This document shows positions 53,447 to 64,000 of a stretch of DNA of 64,000 nt, piece after piece. This stretch comes from Octopus sinensis (lineage: Eukaryota). Position 1 is the first letter of the stretch; each line of letters starts with the position of its first letter. Made by a program: the position numbers and the translations under genes. A model generated the notes under the pieces. It was not told where the DNA came from, searched no databases, and saw nothing but the letters and a program-made list of their open reading frames with translations. The stretch covers positions 372,001-436,000 of the forward strand of contig NW_021832531.1 of the NCBI RefSeq assembly GCF_006345805.1. The letters run 5' to 3'.

Positions 53447-55633
53447 ATGTCAATTAATGTGCAAAAACAATTAAAACACGAAAGGAAAAATATATCCAAA
53501 ATTGAAGGATATGAAAAGCACTCGGATCTAGAATCGGTAATTTATAAAATAAGTTATTTAAGTTATCGCTGGCTTTTAATAGAATCGTAGTTATTGAAAA
53601 TTTAAGTTTTCTACGGCAACTAAAGTTCCTTAACCTGTCCAGTAACTCAATTACAACCATTTCTGGTGATCATGAATTTTCTAATTAGTTTAGGATTAAA
53701 CAACCTCACTAGTCTTGAATGGTTGGATTTGTCTGACAATAGCATTCAAGTTAAACGTATTTTAAATCATTTTAGGACGTCACAGAACTCAATTCGAATA
53801 GACAGCTATCATGTTTAAAGCTGGCAGATAACGCACTGGATTCACTCCCAAACCTCGTTCTTCTAGACAACCTTAAAGTACAAGAATAGTGTACTTAGCT
53901 GTAGGAACTATATTTATGTGGAAATTTAATTTTTTCTCTTGCCCCTGCTCAAGATCGCTTACCGGTCTCAATAAAAACTTTATCACTAGCCAATAATGAG
54001 ATTGATGATGTTAACAATGTATAAATATTTAATTTAAATTCAGTTTTCTCATTTATTGTTTTTGAAATCTCTTTCTGTTCTACAAATTGAAGGCAATCCA
54101 TGTACATTCGGCCAAAAGTAGTTTTTAGAAACTAATATATTTTAACCAACGAAAAATTCACATTTTTAGTTTTACATGGGACGACATAAAATGCAATGTT
54201 GGTGGACAAGAGAAGTTAGCAGACGAATGTGAATATGATTCAGGTAATACATTTATACTCTATATGTAAGATACGAGCAGAGTTAGTGGTATTCCTCTTC
54301 AGAGAACTGGCAATAAAGTATTTTTAACATTTATTGGAATAGGCTGACGTATTAGTATTAGAAAGCAGTGTTGAAAATGACATATCTTCGTCATTTAATT
54401 TTAATTCGCTTAATGAATGTAATTTGGACTATTTTAATTTGGATAGATATGGAAGACGACCGAGCTAGTGTGAACACGATTACTTCACAGGATGGTCAGA
54501 AAAATATGTCGGAAGATAATAAATCAACTTTTTCAAGTTTTGAAGCCCGCGAAAATCGTCCAATAAGATCCCTCGATCCATACCAAATTGAACGAGAAAT
54601 TGTAGAAAATTCTGAAATGCCAGATAAAGGCATATCTCCAGACGTAAAACAATCCAAAAGCGTTTCGAAGCCAACCGAAAAACGAATTTCTGAACATAGT
54701 GGAATCCCTTTAATGGCTTGTTTTAAAAAACCTCGCCAAATTCGTTCTCAACAAACCTCTATAAATGTCTCGTCAGAGAAACCTCGTGCAATAAACAGTG
54801 CTACTCCCCGAAATGGAAAACAAGTGAAAAAACCAATTCCAAAGATCCAGACCAATGTAAAAAAAGAAATGATGTCAGAAAAACAGGCGATTATTATTCA
54901 ATCTGCTTGTCGGGCTTTACTGGGTCGTAGACGCGGATTGATTTTGAAGTCAGAAGTGACTGTAAAATATCCGAATGGTATGGGAGATAAACAAATGATT
55001 GATCTACAGACTCAGGCAATTCGTAGACTTTGGACTGAGGTTATCTGCTCATATTATTGTAGATTGAAAGTTTAAAGAAATGGCGTGAATCGATAGATAA
55101 AGTAACTACTGGAGAGAACGGTACAGATGCTGGGTTTGCAAATTGCATTTTGTCTTCAAAAATGACAGATTGTGGATATGGACAGTTAAAAATTTTTCCA
55201 ATTAAAGATTCTCTTGTATCATCTTCTCTTCAAATAAGTATTATTGTTATTTGACATGATTAGATAATGAAAATTTACTATTTCCGGGGATCCCTACTTC
55301 TCCTCATGATTTGAGATATATTGTGGATTCTCAAGTTGTCATTCTAAGTTGGATGCCTTCAAATGTTTTTGACGAAAATAACATTCCGTGTCCTTCCCGA
55401 TTTTTACTAGGTTTCAATATTTTATGAAGCTTTTAGGATATCGTATATACATCGATGGGGTTCCTCGTGGATCTGTATTTTGGACAGTTAACGCCGTCAA
55501 AATTGTTGGTTTAACCATCGGGGTTGAACACAGGTATGCCAATCATAATTTAACTCTTAGCATTAATGTTTGTTCCTTTTCCACTTTGGGAGAGTCAGAA
55601 CATTCAAAATACACACTTATTACTGTTATTTAA
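53447..55633 (+). CDS. CEP97: CEP97-like centriolar LRR/IQ protein with C-terminal fibronectin type III domain
   Basis: LRR run ending LPVSIKTLSLANNEIDDVNNFSHLLFLKSLSVLQIEGNPC, similar to remembered CEP97 [24 protein letters not shown]...NNPC. IQ motif IIIQSACRALLGRR. FN3: PTSPHDL...ILSWMP...GYRIYIDG...GES. Confidence 0.72.
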
Positions 55634-55749
55634 TCATTAATTTCTGATTTGGTATTTTTCTATTTTTCCAATTTGCTTATTCACACACGCCACAAAATAA
55701 GCCTATCCTGCCTGATACAAATAAATAAATCAAGTTTTAATTCAAAAAA

Positions 55750-56780
55750 TTAAAATGTCAAATTCTTATCGCGGTAGTACATTCTGTTGGTATTATTCCC
55801 CGAAACTCCTAATTTTTGAAAAAATTTCTGTCTGACACGCGTTGCTTGTTTCATAGCACGAACTCTACTACGTACATCTGCTGATAAACATCAGTCAGAT
55901 CTAAATACCAGGCTTAACATTTTTTTCCATTGTCTTGAATGTATTTGCTCTGACTACACTCCCCTCTCTTTGCCTAAAAATACGACGAAGCAGTCGATGA
56001 GTTAGCTTGGTTCCTAAAATAAGCAATAATTAATAACCATTGGGAAGGACGAGTTGGAGATACTCATTTACTCTGATAGGCTCGATATCTCCAATCTCGT
56101 CACCTGAATGTGTCTCGTGGTCTGGATAACTTGTACTAAAATTATAAAGGATGTAAAATATAAACGAATAGTCGTAGAAATCAATATAAAATTCGACTGT
56201 ATCGTCTTCAAACCTCATCCTACAGTGCTGTTTGACTTGCATGTGAAGCTGAACTGCTGCCGTTGAGCCAAACACTCTTCCACACCAAATACAGCAGTTG
56301 TCAAAATCAATGGTCTCACCTGAACTGATAAATTATTACAAACCAATTAGATTTAAGAGTCCGTTCATGTTACATACATATGCAGCGTCTGGAATAAAGA
56401 AGCTATGAGTCACAGACATATGTTCCAGATTTTCTTTTATATTTTGAGATAAAAATCCACAAAAACAGCATTTATTAACATCATATTGGTATTCCTCGTA
56501 TTTAAGAATAACTAAGACTAGTAATAATTGTAAACTACTTTCTTCGGGAGTTTCGCTGATTAAATTATTCTCCATTTCCTTTTCTTCAAAAGACATTGAA
56601 TCTTTCTAAGTCATTTAGATAGTCTAGTTTAACCCTCAAATTAAAGTCTTCGAGAGTTATGGGGGATATTCCAAGAGATTTAGCAGACAAGTTGTACTTG
56701 TGCCATTCGGATTTGTAGTGGCTTCTTTGAAGATCTGGAATATCAAATTCCACCAAGCATGTTCTACAAGTCAACGTCAT
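55750..56780 (-). CDS. ZNF622: Pre-60S maturation factor ZNF622/Rei1
   Basis: TCRTCLVEF...QRSHYKSEWHKYNL, CCFCG...NLEHMSVTHSFFIPD, CIWCGRVF.S.AAVQLHMQVKQHCRM, FYDYS, LVLPNG..LG. Confidence 0.93.
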
Positions 56781-57829
56781 TGAAAATAATATATCATGCA
56801 ATTATTATTGTTTGAATTAAAAAAATTATATCACTTAAAAATTATTAACAAGGATTTTATGGAAAATCATTCCATATTTATTTATAACTGATAAAACAGA
56901 AATGCTACGACTTTTTGCAGCTACTATTATAACATAAAGTAATGTCCCTCCTTTAGATCGATCTTTTTCTATTTTTACTTCCAAAAATTTCTAATTCGAG
57001 TTCTACACATTTAAGACTATAATTTTTGTGCGTTTTTTACTTCCACAGATTTTAAATTTTTAATCACGTAATCTTCACTTGAACAAACCATATCATGTTT
57101 TTTTATTGAAATGGAAAATATTGGTCATGTTATACTGAATTTCCAACTCAGCGAAGATTTTATATTCACTTGTACTCCCGCAAAATTGTTAGACATAATA
57201 TTCTATAAATAAAAAGTTTTAAGTTATTTAGAGCTATTCATTTTAGACCTCTGGTATAAATTCATACAGAAACATTTCAGAATCTCATTATGTATTCCGG
57301 TAAAGTCTAAATTTAGCATTATATTGCATCTAGTTGCAATTCAATCCACTGCTTTATTTGAAAATTTGCAAAGGAGAGCTCTGAATTAATAAATTTGTGT
57401 TTTGAAATAAAAATATTGGATCAGATCGAAGCGATATTTCTTTCATAATCCATTATTAAGGTTGCAGAGATATCAAAATAATTTCGAATTTAGGGATTTT
57501 TGGTATTTGACAAAAACTGTTTATCAGCAATTAAAAAAATTTTTAATATCCCCTGATATGTAAAGTTTATATTTATAGGCCAAAAATAAAGTTATTCAGG
57601 TCATATAGTAAAAAAATTGTCCTCAGTCAAATTTGATATATTTAGAATGATAAAATAAAATTAGATATATTGACCTAAATGATGAATAAAAATTAATTAA
57701 ATATGACACTAGTAAACTGAATTTAGAAACAAAATATAAAAATAGCAAAAATATCTTCGTAATTAATAAAAATTAATTAATTATCTCAATATATAAGGGA
57801 ATAGAAACCGAACTGATAAATGAAGTTAT

Positions 57830-58195
57830 ATGGTAATGTTCACCAAAGTGAGAAATATAGTGATTATTGGAGTCCTTTTTACATGCCAACTTGCTAACTG
57901 TCTGGATAAACAAAAATGTACCGAAGCAATAAATCAACTGAAATGCATAAACGACAGTATTAATATGGCAGAAAAAGCAATACTAAATCAACTAAAACTA
58001 TCGGAATTTGTTGAAATATATGAGAGATGCCTAAGCGAAGGAGCTAGTTGTGTATATGATTTTAATTTTAAAGGTAAACGAGACGGTTTCGACTATTTCG
58101 GGAATCTGAGATTGGGGAAAAAACAAATAAACGTTTTTTTACTTTATCACATTATAGGGAAATTGAGAAACGTTAATTTAATACTAACAGACTAA
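57830..58195 (+). CDS. Candidate secreted neuropeptide precursor (amidated LRLamide)
   Basis: N-terminal signal-peptide-like segment, then ...YDFNFK-GKR-DGFDYFGNLRL-GKK, i.e. Gly + dibasic amidation/cleavage sites. Confidence 0.6.
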   Translation: MVMFTKVRNIVIIGVLFTCQLANCLDKQKCTEAINQLKCINDSINMAEKAILNQLKLSEFVEIYERCLSEGASCVYDFNFKGKRDGFDYFGNLRLGKKQINVFLLYHIIGKLRNVNLILTD

Positions 58196-58428
58196 CTTCA
58201 AATTATTAATTTCTCATATTACTAATTTGCTAATACAACTAATAAAATAATTTTTACTATTTCTTTATTATTAAAAAGATTTCATCTGTCGATTTTGGCA
58301 TAATTAGTAGGCCAACTACAAGTCAATAAGGTCAGCTCAACAAAAAATTATTATTCTGTTATAAAAATACTATAAATACATTTCTAGTTTGAAAAGCGTT
58401 CGAAAAGAGGAATTCATATTGATTCAAA

Positions 58429-59984
58429 TCCGAGGTAAACATTTGGTACCTCGATGATGTTACTCTCGGCGGGGCTTTGGAGACCGTCAGGAAGGATATG
58501 GAAAAAATTATTTCTGGTTTTGCGTCTATTGGGCTCGCTTTGAATGGATCCAAATCCGAGCTGATATGCTTGTCTGCGAGCCCTTCGGAATTCAAATTAA
58601 TTTTTTCGACCTTATCTCGCCATATTGAAGGCCTGGGCATCACCCAGCTTGATGACCTCATCATTCTGGGTTCCCCAATCAATAGCAAGGCTACTAAGAA
58701 GGCTTTATATGGCAGGCTCGAAGAATTGGAAACTTTAATCTCCCGCATTTCCAACTCGAATCCCATTTAGGCCTTTTTTTGCTAAAGAACTATCTCTTCA
58801 TACCGAGGCTAACTTATCTCTTGCGCTCATCGCCGTGCTTTCTCGAACAAAATCACTTATTTCGTCTCGACAACATGGTCTCCGAAGCTCTTGAACTCCT
58901 CGTAAATATCAAATTCAAACCTTCAGACATGCGACGGGTTAATTTACCTATTCGTTACGGGGGCATCGGCATTCGTTCTTGTGTTGATTTATCCTTCCAT
59001 GTTACCTTTCCTCGTTGTCTGCCTCTGCTACTTCCTTCAACTCTGTTCTCTTCCCCTTCCCTGAACAGCCCGAGTTGTTGGAATATGCGGCGGGTGTCAA
59101 CATGTGGATTTCTCGTGGGCTTAAAATCCCGGACGTCCCCTCAGTTCAAAAGAACTGGGATGATATACATTGTTTGCATACACTCGAAGATATCCGCCTA
59201 CGTGCTGACCAGTTTTAGTTGGCAAGCATCAATTGTGCCTGTCAACCCCACTCGGCCGATTGGCTTGACGCTTTGCCGATTTCCTCTGCTGGAATGTTGC
59301 TGGACGACGAATCTGTCCGCATCGGAATCTGTTTACGGCTTGGCATAGAGATTTGCCTGCCACATCAGTGCAGATGCGGAAAGGTCATTGACAGGAGAGG
59401 GCTACACTCCCTCTCTTGTCGCCTCAGTACCGGCCGTATACCCAGACATGCCGCCTTGAATGATATTGTCAAGCGCGCGCTCAACGCCGCTGGATTCCCT
59501 TCGGTCCTAGAGCCGGTTGGTTTAGACCGTGGCGACGGAAAACGTCCCGACGGGTCCACGCTATTCCCGTTCAAGGGGGGACTCGCTCTCGTTTGGGACG
59601 TGACCTGTGTCGACTCGTTTTCCTCGTCATCTCTCATGGACTCTGCCTCCCGCCCTGGCTCAGCCTCCGCACATGCCGAAACAAAAAAAATAACAAAGTA
59701 TGCCTCATTGGAGAACACCTGCCTTTTCGTCCCCCTGGCTTTCGAAACGAGCGGGATAATCGGCCCAAAAGCTCTTGAGTTCCTTTCGGAAATCGGCTTG
59801 ATGATCTCAAGGAAGAGTCACGAGAGACGTGAGTCTAGTTGGCTTTTTCAGCGCATTTCGCTCGCGATATTGCGCGGAAACTGCCTATCTATTCGCGCGT
59901 CCTCTCAATCAAAGAATTAACATCATAAATTTACTTAATTAAAAAAAAAAATTTTTTTTGAAAAAAAAAAAAAAAAAAAAAAAA
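58429..59984 (+). mobile_element. CRE-like RLE retrotransposon, 5'-truncated at the RT YLDD motif, poly(A) tail, 11-bp TSD
   Basis: [50 protein letters not shown]. Long A-runs at 59941-59985. ATTGATTCAAA is at 58418-58428 and 59985-59995. Internal stops. Confidence 0.95.
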
Positions 59985-60689
59985 ATTGATTCAAAAAGCG
60001 AAAGAATAAATAAAAATATGAAGGATTTGTTAATGATTTTAAAAAGATATGGAAGCAATATTCTCTACGTGTTTTTAGTGATATTGACGTCAATAACTCT
60101 TTAACCCTGAAAACTTACAATACTCGATTTAAAGAATAATATGTAAAATAAACGAATATATCGAAAAACGAATGAATTCGAATGAAATGTTAAAAATTTT
60201 TAATTGAGGTGAAAATTTTTTGCTTTCGGAAAAGTTGTGACTTACTTCAATGACAGGCCATGTTTAGTAGAGCGTTCGTTTTCAATTCCACATAAAATTT
60301 TGGAAAAAACAAAATTTTAAAGGGAAAAACATCTTTATAATTAAAGTCTAAAAAATTATTGCTTCGTTTTAATTCAGACATTTTAGTCATCTTTTGTTTT
60401 TTAAATCAATTCAGTTAACTTCTATGAGGTCAATTTTTGATTTTTTAGATCAACTTTGCGGTTGCTCTTTCATTAATAATGAACTATGCTATTCCAACTT
60501 CAAAAAGATAATAGTTGAGCTACGTGTGAATAGTGAGTAAATTTTTAGAAATTGTCATTTTATCTTTATATGACTGAATGGAAACATTCCGTTTGTACAA
60601 TAAAATTTGATCACACTTATTTTGTTGCTTGATATTTTAGTTGAGATTCAGCAAAAGATTCTTTGTAATTTTGTCATTCCATGAGGTCT

Positions 60690-61292
60690 TTTGGTTTCCA
60701 GGCGGCCGAGCCTAACTGGTTTAAATATTTAAAGTAATCAGACCACCAACTTCCACTGGAAATCAAAAATTCGGTCGATTCTCACCTTGAAATGCCCAAA
60801 CTTCATTTCCTCCAAGTCATCAGAGGTACCTCACACGCCATCCATTATATCCCTCACTCTACCAACCGAAAACACGTTTTCACCACACACACCGACCAAG
60901 TGAGACCACACTCTAAAATCCCGATAAAAGATGATGATCCTCCAAACTCCAAACAAATACACGACTTTATTGCTTCAAGAGCTATCAGATCTCTGAAAAA
61001 CAACATTCTTCTTGACTCACTCTCTCCTCCTGTCAATCCATCAGAATCGACATTTCCTAAAGAACTTCAAATCCACTTATCCAGACTCAGCTTTGGACAC
61101 CATCCTCTCGTCCACAAACATATGGACACAACTTTTCTACCCATAACGAACCGCTTTACACAGTTGAGGAACTCTTCTCATGCCCTGGCCTCCCCATTCC
61201 ATTTTTCCTGCTTGTAACTGGGGATCGATAGGAACGCGCGCTTTCTCGTCGCTGCCGGCTTCCTACAAGTGAAGTCAGGGCTAAATAACTAA
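60690..61292 (+). mobile_element. 3' fragment of an APE-type LINE (I/Jockey-group-like), decayed
   Basis: DSHLEM...SHAIH, NNILLDSLSPPVNPSESTFPKELQIHLSRLSFGH and a terminal ARFLVAAGFL resemble LINE C-termini (PPxINPSExxLPR...LAQLRSGH). C-rich sense strand. Confidence 0.5.
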
Positions 61293-61319
61293 GTTTTCAA
61301 AAACAAAACAATCTATATC

Positions 61320-61830
61320 ATTTCTGGTTTAAAATAGGTTCTTATTAAAAGCAAAGTAATTCTTATTAAAATCAAAGTGGTTCTTAGTAAAACCAAAATG
61401 GTATTTAGCAAAAGCAAAGTGGTACTTACAAAAAACAAAGTAAAACAAAATTTTTTTTTCAAAAGTGTCGAGATAAATTGCAAACGTGACTAAACAAAAA
61501 CCTAAATACTTGCACGTTTTAGCAAATATTTTATTTTTTCATTCGTAGAATTGCACAAATAAAAGTCCAAGGCTGCAATTAAGAAAAATCTTATTATCGG
61601 GACCTATGAGGGAGATGGTGACTGGAGGGAACTTTCAAAATCTCTCAAAGTTCTGAAAACTACTACTTATCGTTGGTTAAAAAACAAGGACAAACCTGAT
61701 CAGCGAGGGGGATTAAAAGCAAACAAATTTCTTGATCAACATAAAAATTATTGTGATGAACAGCTCGAAATAACCCTAGGATTGCTCTTGAGACCTTGAG
61801 AATTATTTTGAATTCTAATTTCAATGTCGA
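61320..61830 (+). mobile_element. 5' fragment of an IS630/Tc1-type element (HTH only)
   Basis: GDWRELSKSLKVLKTTTYRWLKNKDKPDQRGG parallels the N-terminus of the 12459-13500 transposase (TAYHWIENKDKERHPRGG). Confidence 0.6.
61337..61441. repeat. 5 x 21-bp degenerate tandem repeat
   Basis: GGTTCTTATTAAAAGCAAAGT-type unit at 61337, 61358, 61379, 61400 and 61421. Confidence 0.85.
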
Positions 61831-61934
61831 ACGAAACCATTCAAGTCTACTTAGTTAGAAAATTAAAAATTATTTTGATTTGAATTTATCAATTATTTGA
61901 AATTTTTATCAGAGAGGTCTTTAAAAATTAGTTT

Positions 61935-62276
61935 TTCATTTCAATCAACTGGCTGGTTGCCGTGATGAATTCTTTTTGAGGCATATGAATGCCGTGTCTA
62001 TACTTCATTATCGTGTTTTCTAATGTCTTCTTTATCACAAGTACCAAAATGTATGTTCTTGTCGGGCTTTGAACGGAAATTTTTAATATAGACTTTATAA
62101 TACGTTGAAACCACCCCGTCTCATGTCAGCACAATTGTAGTAATCCGTAAGTATCTTTAGTTCTCCAGACAGGAGATCGTATTTATGTACTTTTTTTACT
62201 TCGGTTTGACTGACTTTCTCCCGCGATGTAATTCCCATTTCAATCATGGTAATCTCACTTTTAAATTTGTCGTCTA
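61935..62276 (-). mobile_element. R4-like RLE 3' fragment, decayed
   Basis: ITMIEMGITSREKVSQTEVKKVHKYDLLSGEL...DGVVSTYYK...IKKTLE. Confidence 0.8.
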
Positions 62277-62720
62277 TACTTCCCTGTTAATATTTCCGTT
62301 TCTATTACTTCAGCCATCAAATTTTTGACAACTAACCTCGTTCCGTTGCATAATTTAGGTGGCGCAAGATTTCGTAATAAAAACACTGAAACGCCTATTT
62401 TTAACTTTAAAATATGATTCAGCATTCCAGAGGGATATAGAGAATTTTAAAATTCAAAATAAATTACATGCTTACGAAAAACTTGAATTATACTTCCTTG
62501 GAAGGTGTTAATGGACCTTATTATAAAAGTCAAGACATGTTTGTTTCGTTTTAACCAAAATGTAAAAAATATATTTTAATTTTCTTAGCGGGAAGGTTTT
62601 AATGACCTCATCATTGTTGACTTCTTTCCCATTATTGGCTAGTTATGAGGGGAAGGATTTTCACAATTTATCTATATTTTGCTGATTTGAAATTGGTTAA
62701 GTGTGTACATGTGTGCAAAT
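62277..62720 (-). mobile_element. Older Helitron relic: helicase fragment plus diverged monomer of the ~94-bp unit
   Basis: SLYPSGMLNHILKLKIGVSVFLLRNLAPPKLCNGTRLVVKNLMAEVIETEILTGK (RepHel/PIF1 motif) at about 62277-62450. 62498-62615 resembles one unit of the 15345-16885 array. Confidence 0.78.
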
Positions 62721-62921
62721 GCTGTTTGATAATTTGAGTAAAAATAATTTTTCAGAATTAAACATTGAGTAGCTTTACTATTAATATATTTAAAAATTGT
62801 AATAATAATAAACAATTATTAATCAACTATATAGTTATTAACGTGTCTGGTGTGGTTATGCTATTTTATTACTTTAATGAATTTAATATATTATACATCT
62901 TAACGCATAAAAATAGAAAAT

Positions 62922-64000
62922 ATGAGTTCCAATAAAAATCTACCTACTGAATCAATCGTCATACAACGCTTGTCCCCTTCAGTCACAGAGAAAGAGATTT
63001 ATGAAAGATTGTCATTGTTTGGCCCAATCTGGTTATATTTTACTCAATTAAATTAACTAGTTGCGTCGAAAATGTTCCCAAGCAATTAAAAGCATTCGTT
63101 ATTTTTGGAGTATTGATATTATTGTACTATTCGTAGGACCAGGAATCGGCCACGAGATGCATCAAAACCTGCCAAGTTGATTCAAAATTTTGAATTTATA
63201 GACGGAATCTCTCAGTTTTGGAGGCCACATTGTTTCTGTCGATTATTCAGACCGTTATGTGTATGAACTGTTACTTAAAAAACTAGTTCTCGCAATTCAA
63301 GAACGTCTGTCATTTCTATGTTAGTAGAAAATGTGAAATATGACATCACAGCTGTTATAATTCCTCTTGTTGACGATTTAGGGTACAATTCTCCAGATTT
63401 GTAAAGACTTTGGTGAAATTGTTAGACTATCAATTCACCCAAAGGAGACTGTTCGAGTTTTTATCGAGTTTTGAGTGTTGTTTATATTTTGTAAAGGTTC
63501 AAGTCTCCACTGATGCAGAAATGGCGTTGAAGAATTTGGACAATGTGGATATATATGAAGGCTGTTGTTCCCTGACAGTAAAAATGTCCAAATCTAAGCA
63601 CGTTTCGGTTTTTAGAGCTGATATGTACAACTACACTAACGTAGAACTAGGTATTTGTTGATTATATTACAAAATGTTTGCATTTTTATGTTAAGTCGAT
63701 AAGATTTAAATTGTTTTATTAAATTTGTAGGAGATCCTATACCAGGTTGGTAATTTGGTGGTGAAATATCAGAAACTGTTTCTTTGCAGGGTCCTCCAGC
63801 TAAAATGTCCCGATTCGACGAAGGGCATAGGAATAACTCTCGATTTAGTTATGGTATGTTAAGTAAATAAATTATTAGCTGATAATGGGTCTTGTTATCC
63901 TCAGTCACATGATGGTTATCCCCCACCTGCCCACAATGTAGTGTGTAGTAATTAATGGGATGTAGCCATATCCCCAGACTAAGAAAATGTCTTGGAGTGG
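62922..64000 (+). CDS. HNRNPL: hnRNP L-like RRM protein, 3' end outside the window
   Basis: RRM1 IVIQRLSPSVTEKEI...AFVIF. RRM2 AEMALKNLDNVDIYEGCCSLTVKMSK matches hnRNP L (GADIYSGCCTL) better than PTB (NIYNACCTL). Confidence 0.8.

Noticed and set aside
56900-57500. Decayed minus-strand coding-like region
   Set aside because: Multiple stops in all frames and no identifiable family.

Overview
Gene-dense, AT-rich eukaryotic DNA. The gene set (NK2 homeobox, SLC5A7, L3MBTL, PKD2, CEP97) indicates an animal. Spliceosomal introns are extremely short (mostly about 23-35 bp). This fits a reduced parasitic metazoan (dicyemid/orthonectid-like or myxozoan); the taxon is inferred only. Recognisable genes: ZNHIT2, RPL3, a P4-ATPase flippase, a CXorf65/C22orf15-like protein, L3MBTL, SLC5A7, PKD2-like, NKX2-2-like, group I PAK, PAXBP1/GCFC2, TMEM258, CEP97-like (with an extra FN3), ZNF622, HNRNPL (partial) and a candidate amidated-neuropeptide precursor. 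There are also several unidentified multi-exon genes. Between the genes is a dense layer of transposable elements: six GC-rich CRE-like RLE retrotransposon copies, three R4-like RLE copies, three Tc1/IS630-type elements, three members of a Helitron family whose internal ~94-bp unit varies from about 1 to 16 copies, an unclassified 612-bp TIR element with GAGC-hairpin ends, and LINE fragments. No rRNA, tRNA or CRISPR array was found. Exon boundaries were read by eye, so gene ends are approximate unless stated. Family calls come from remembered motifs, not database searches.
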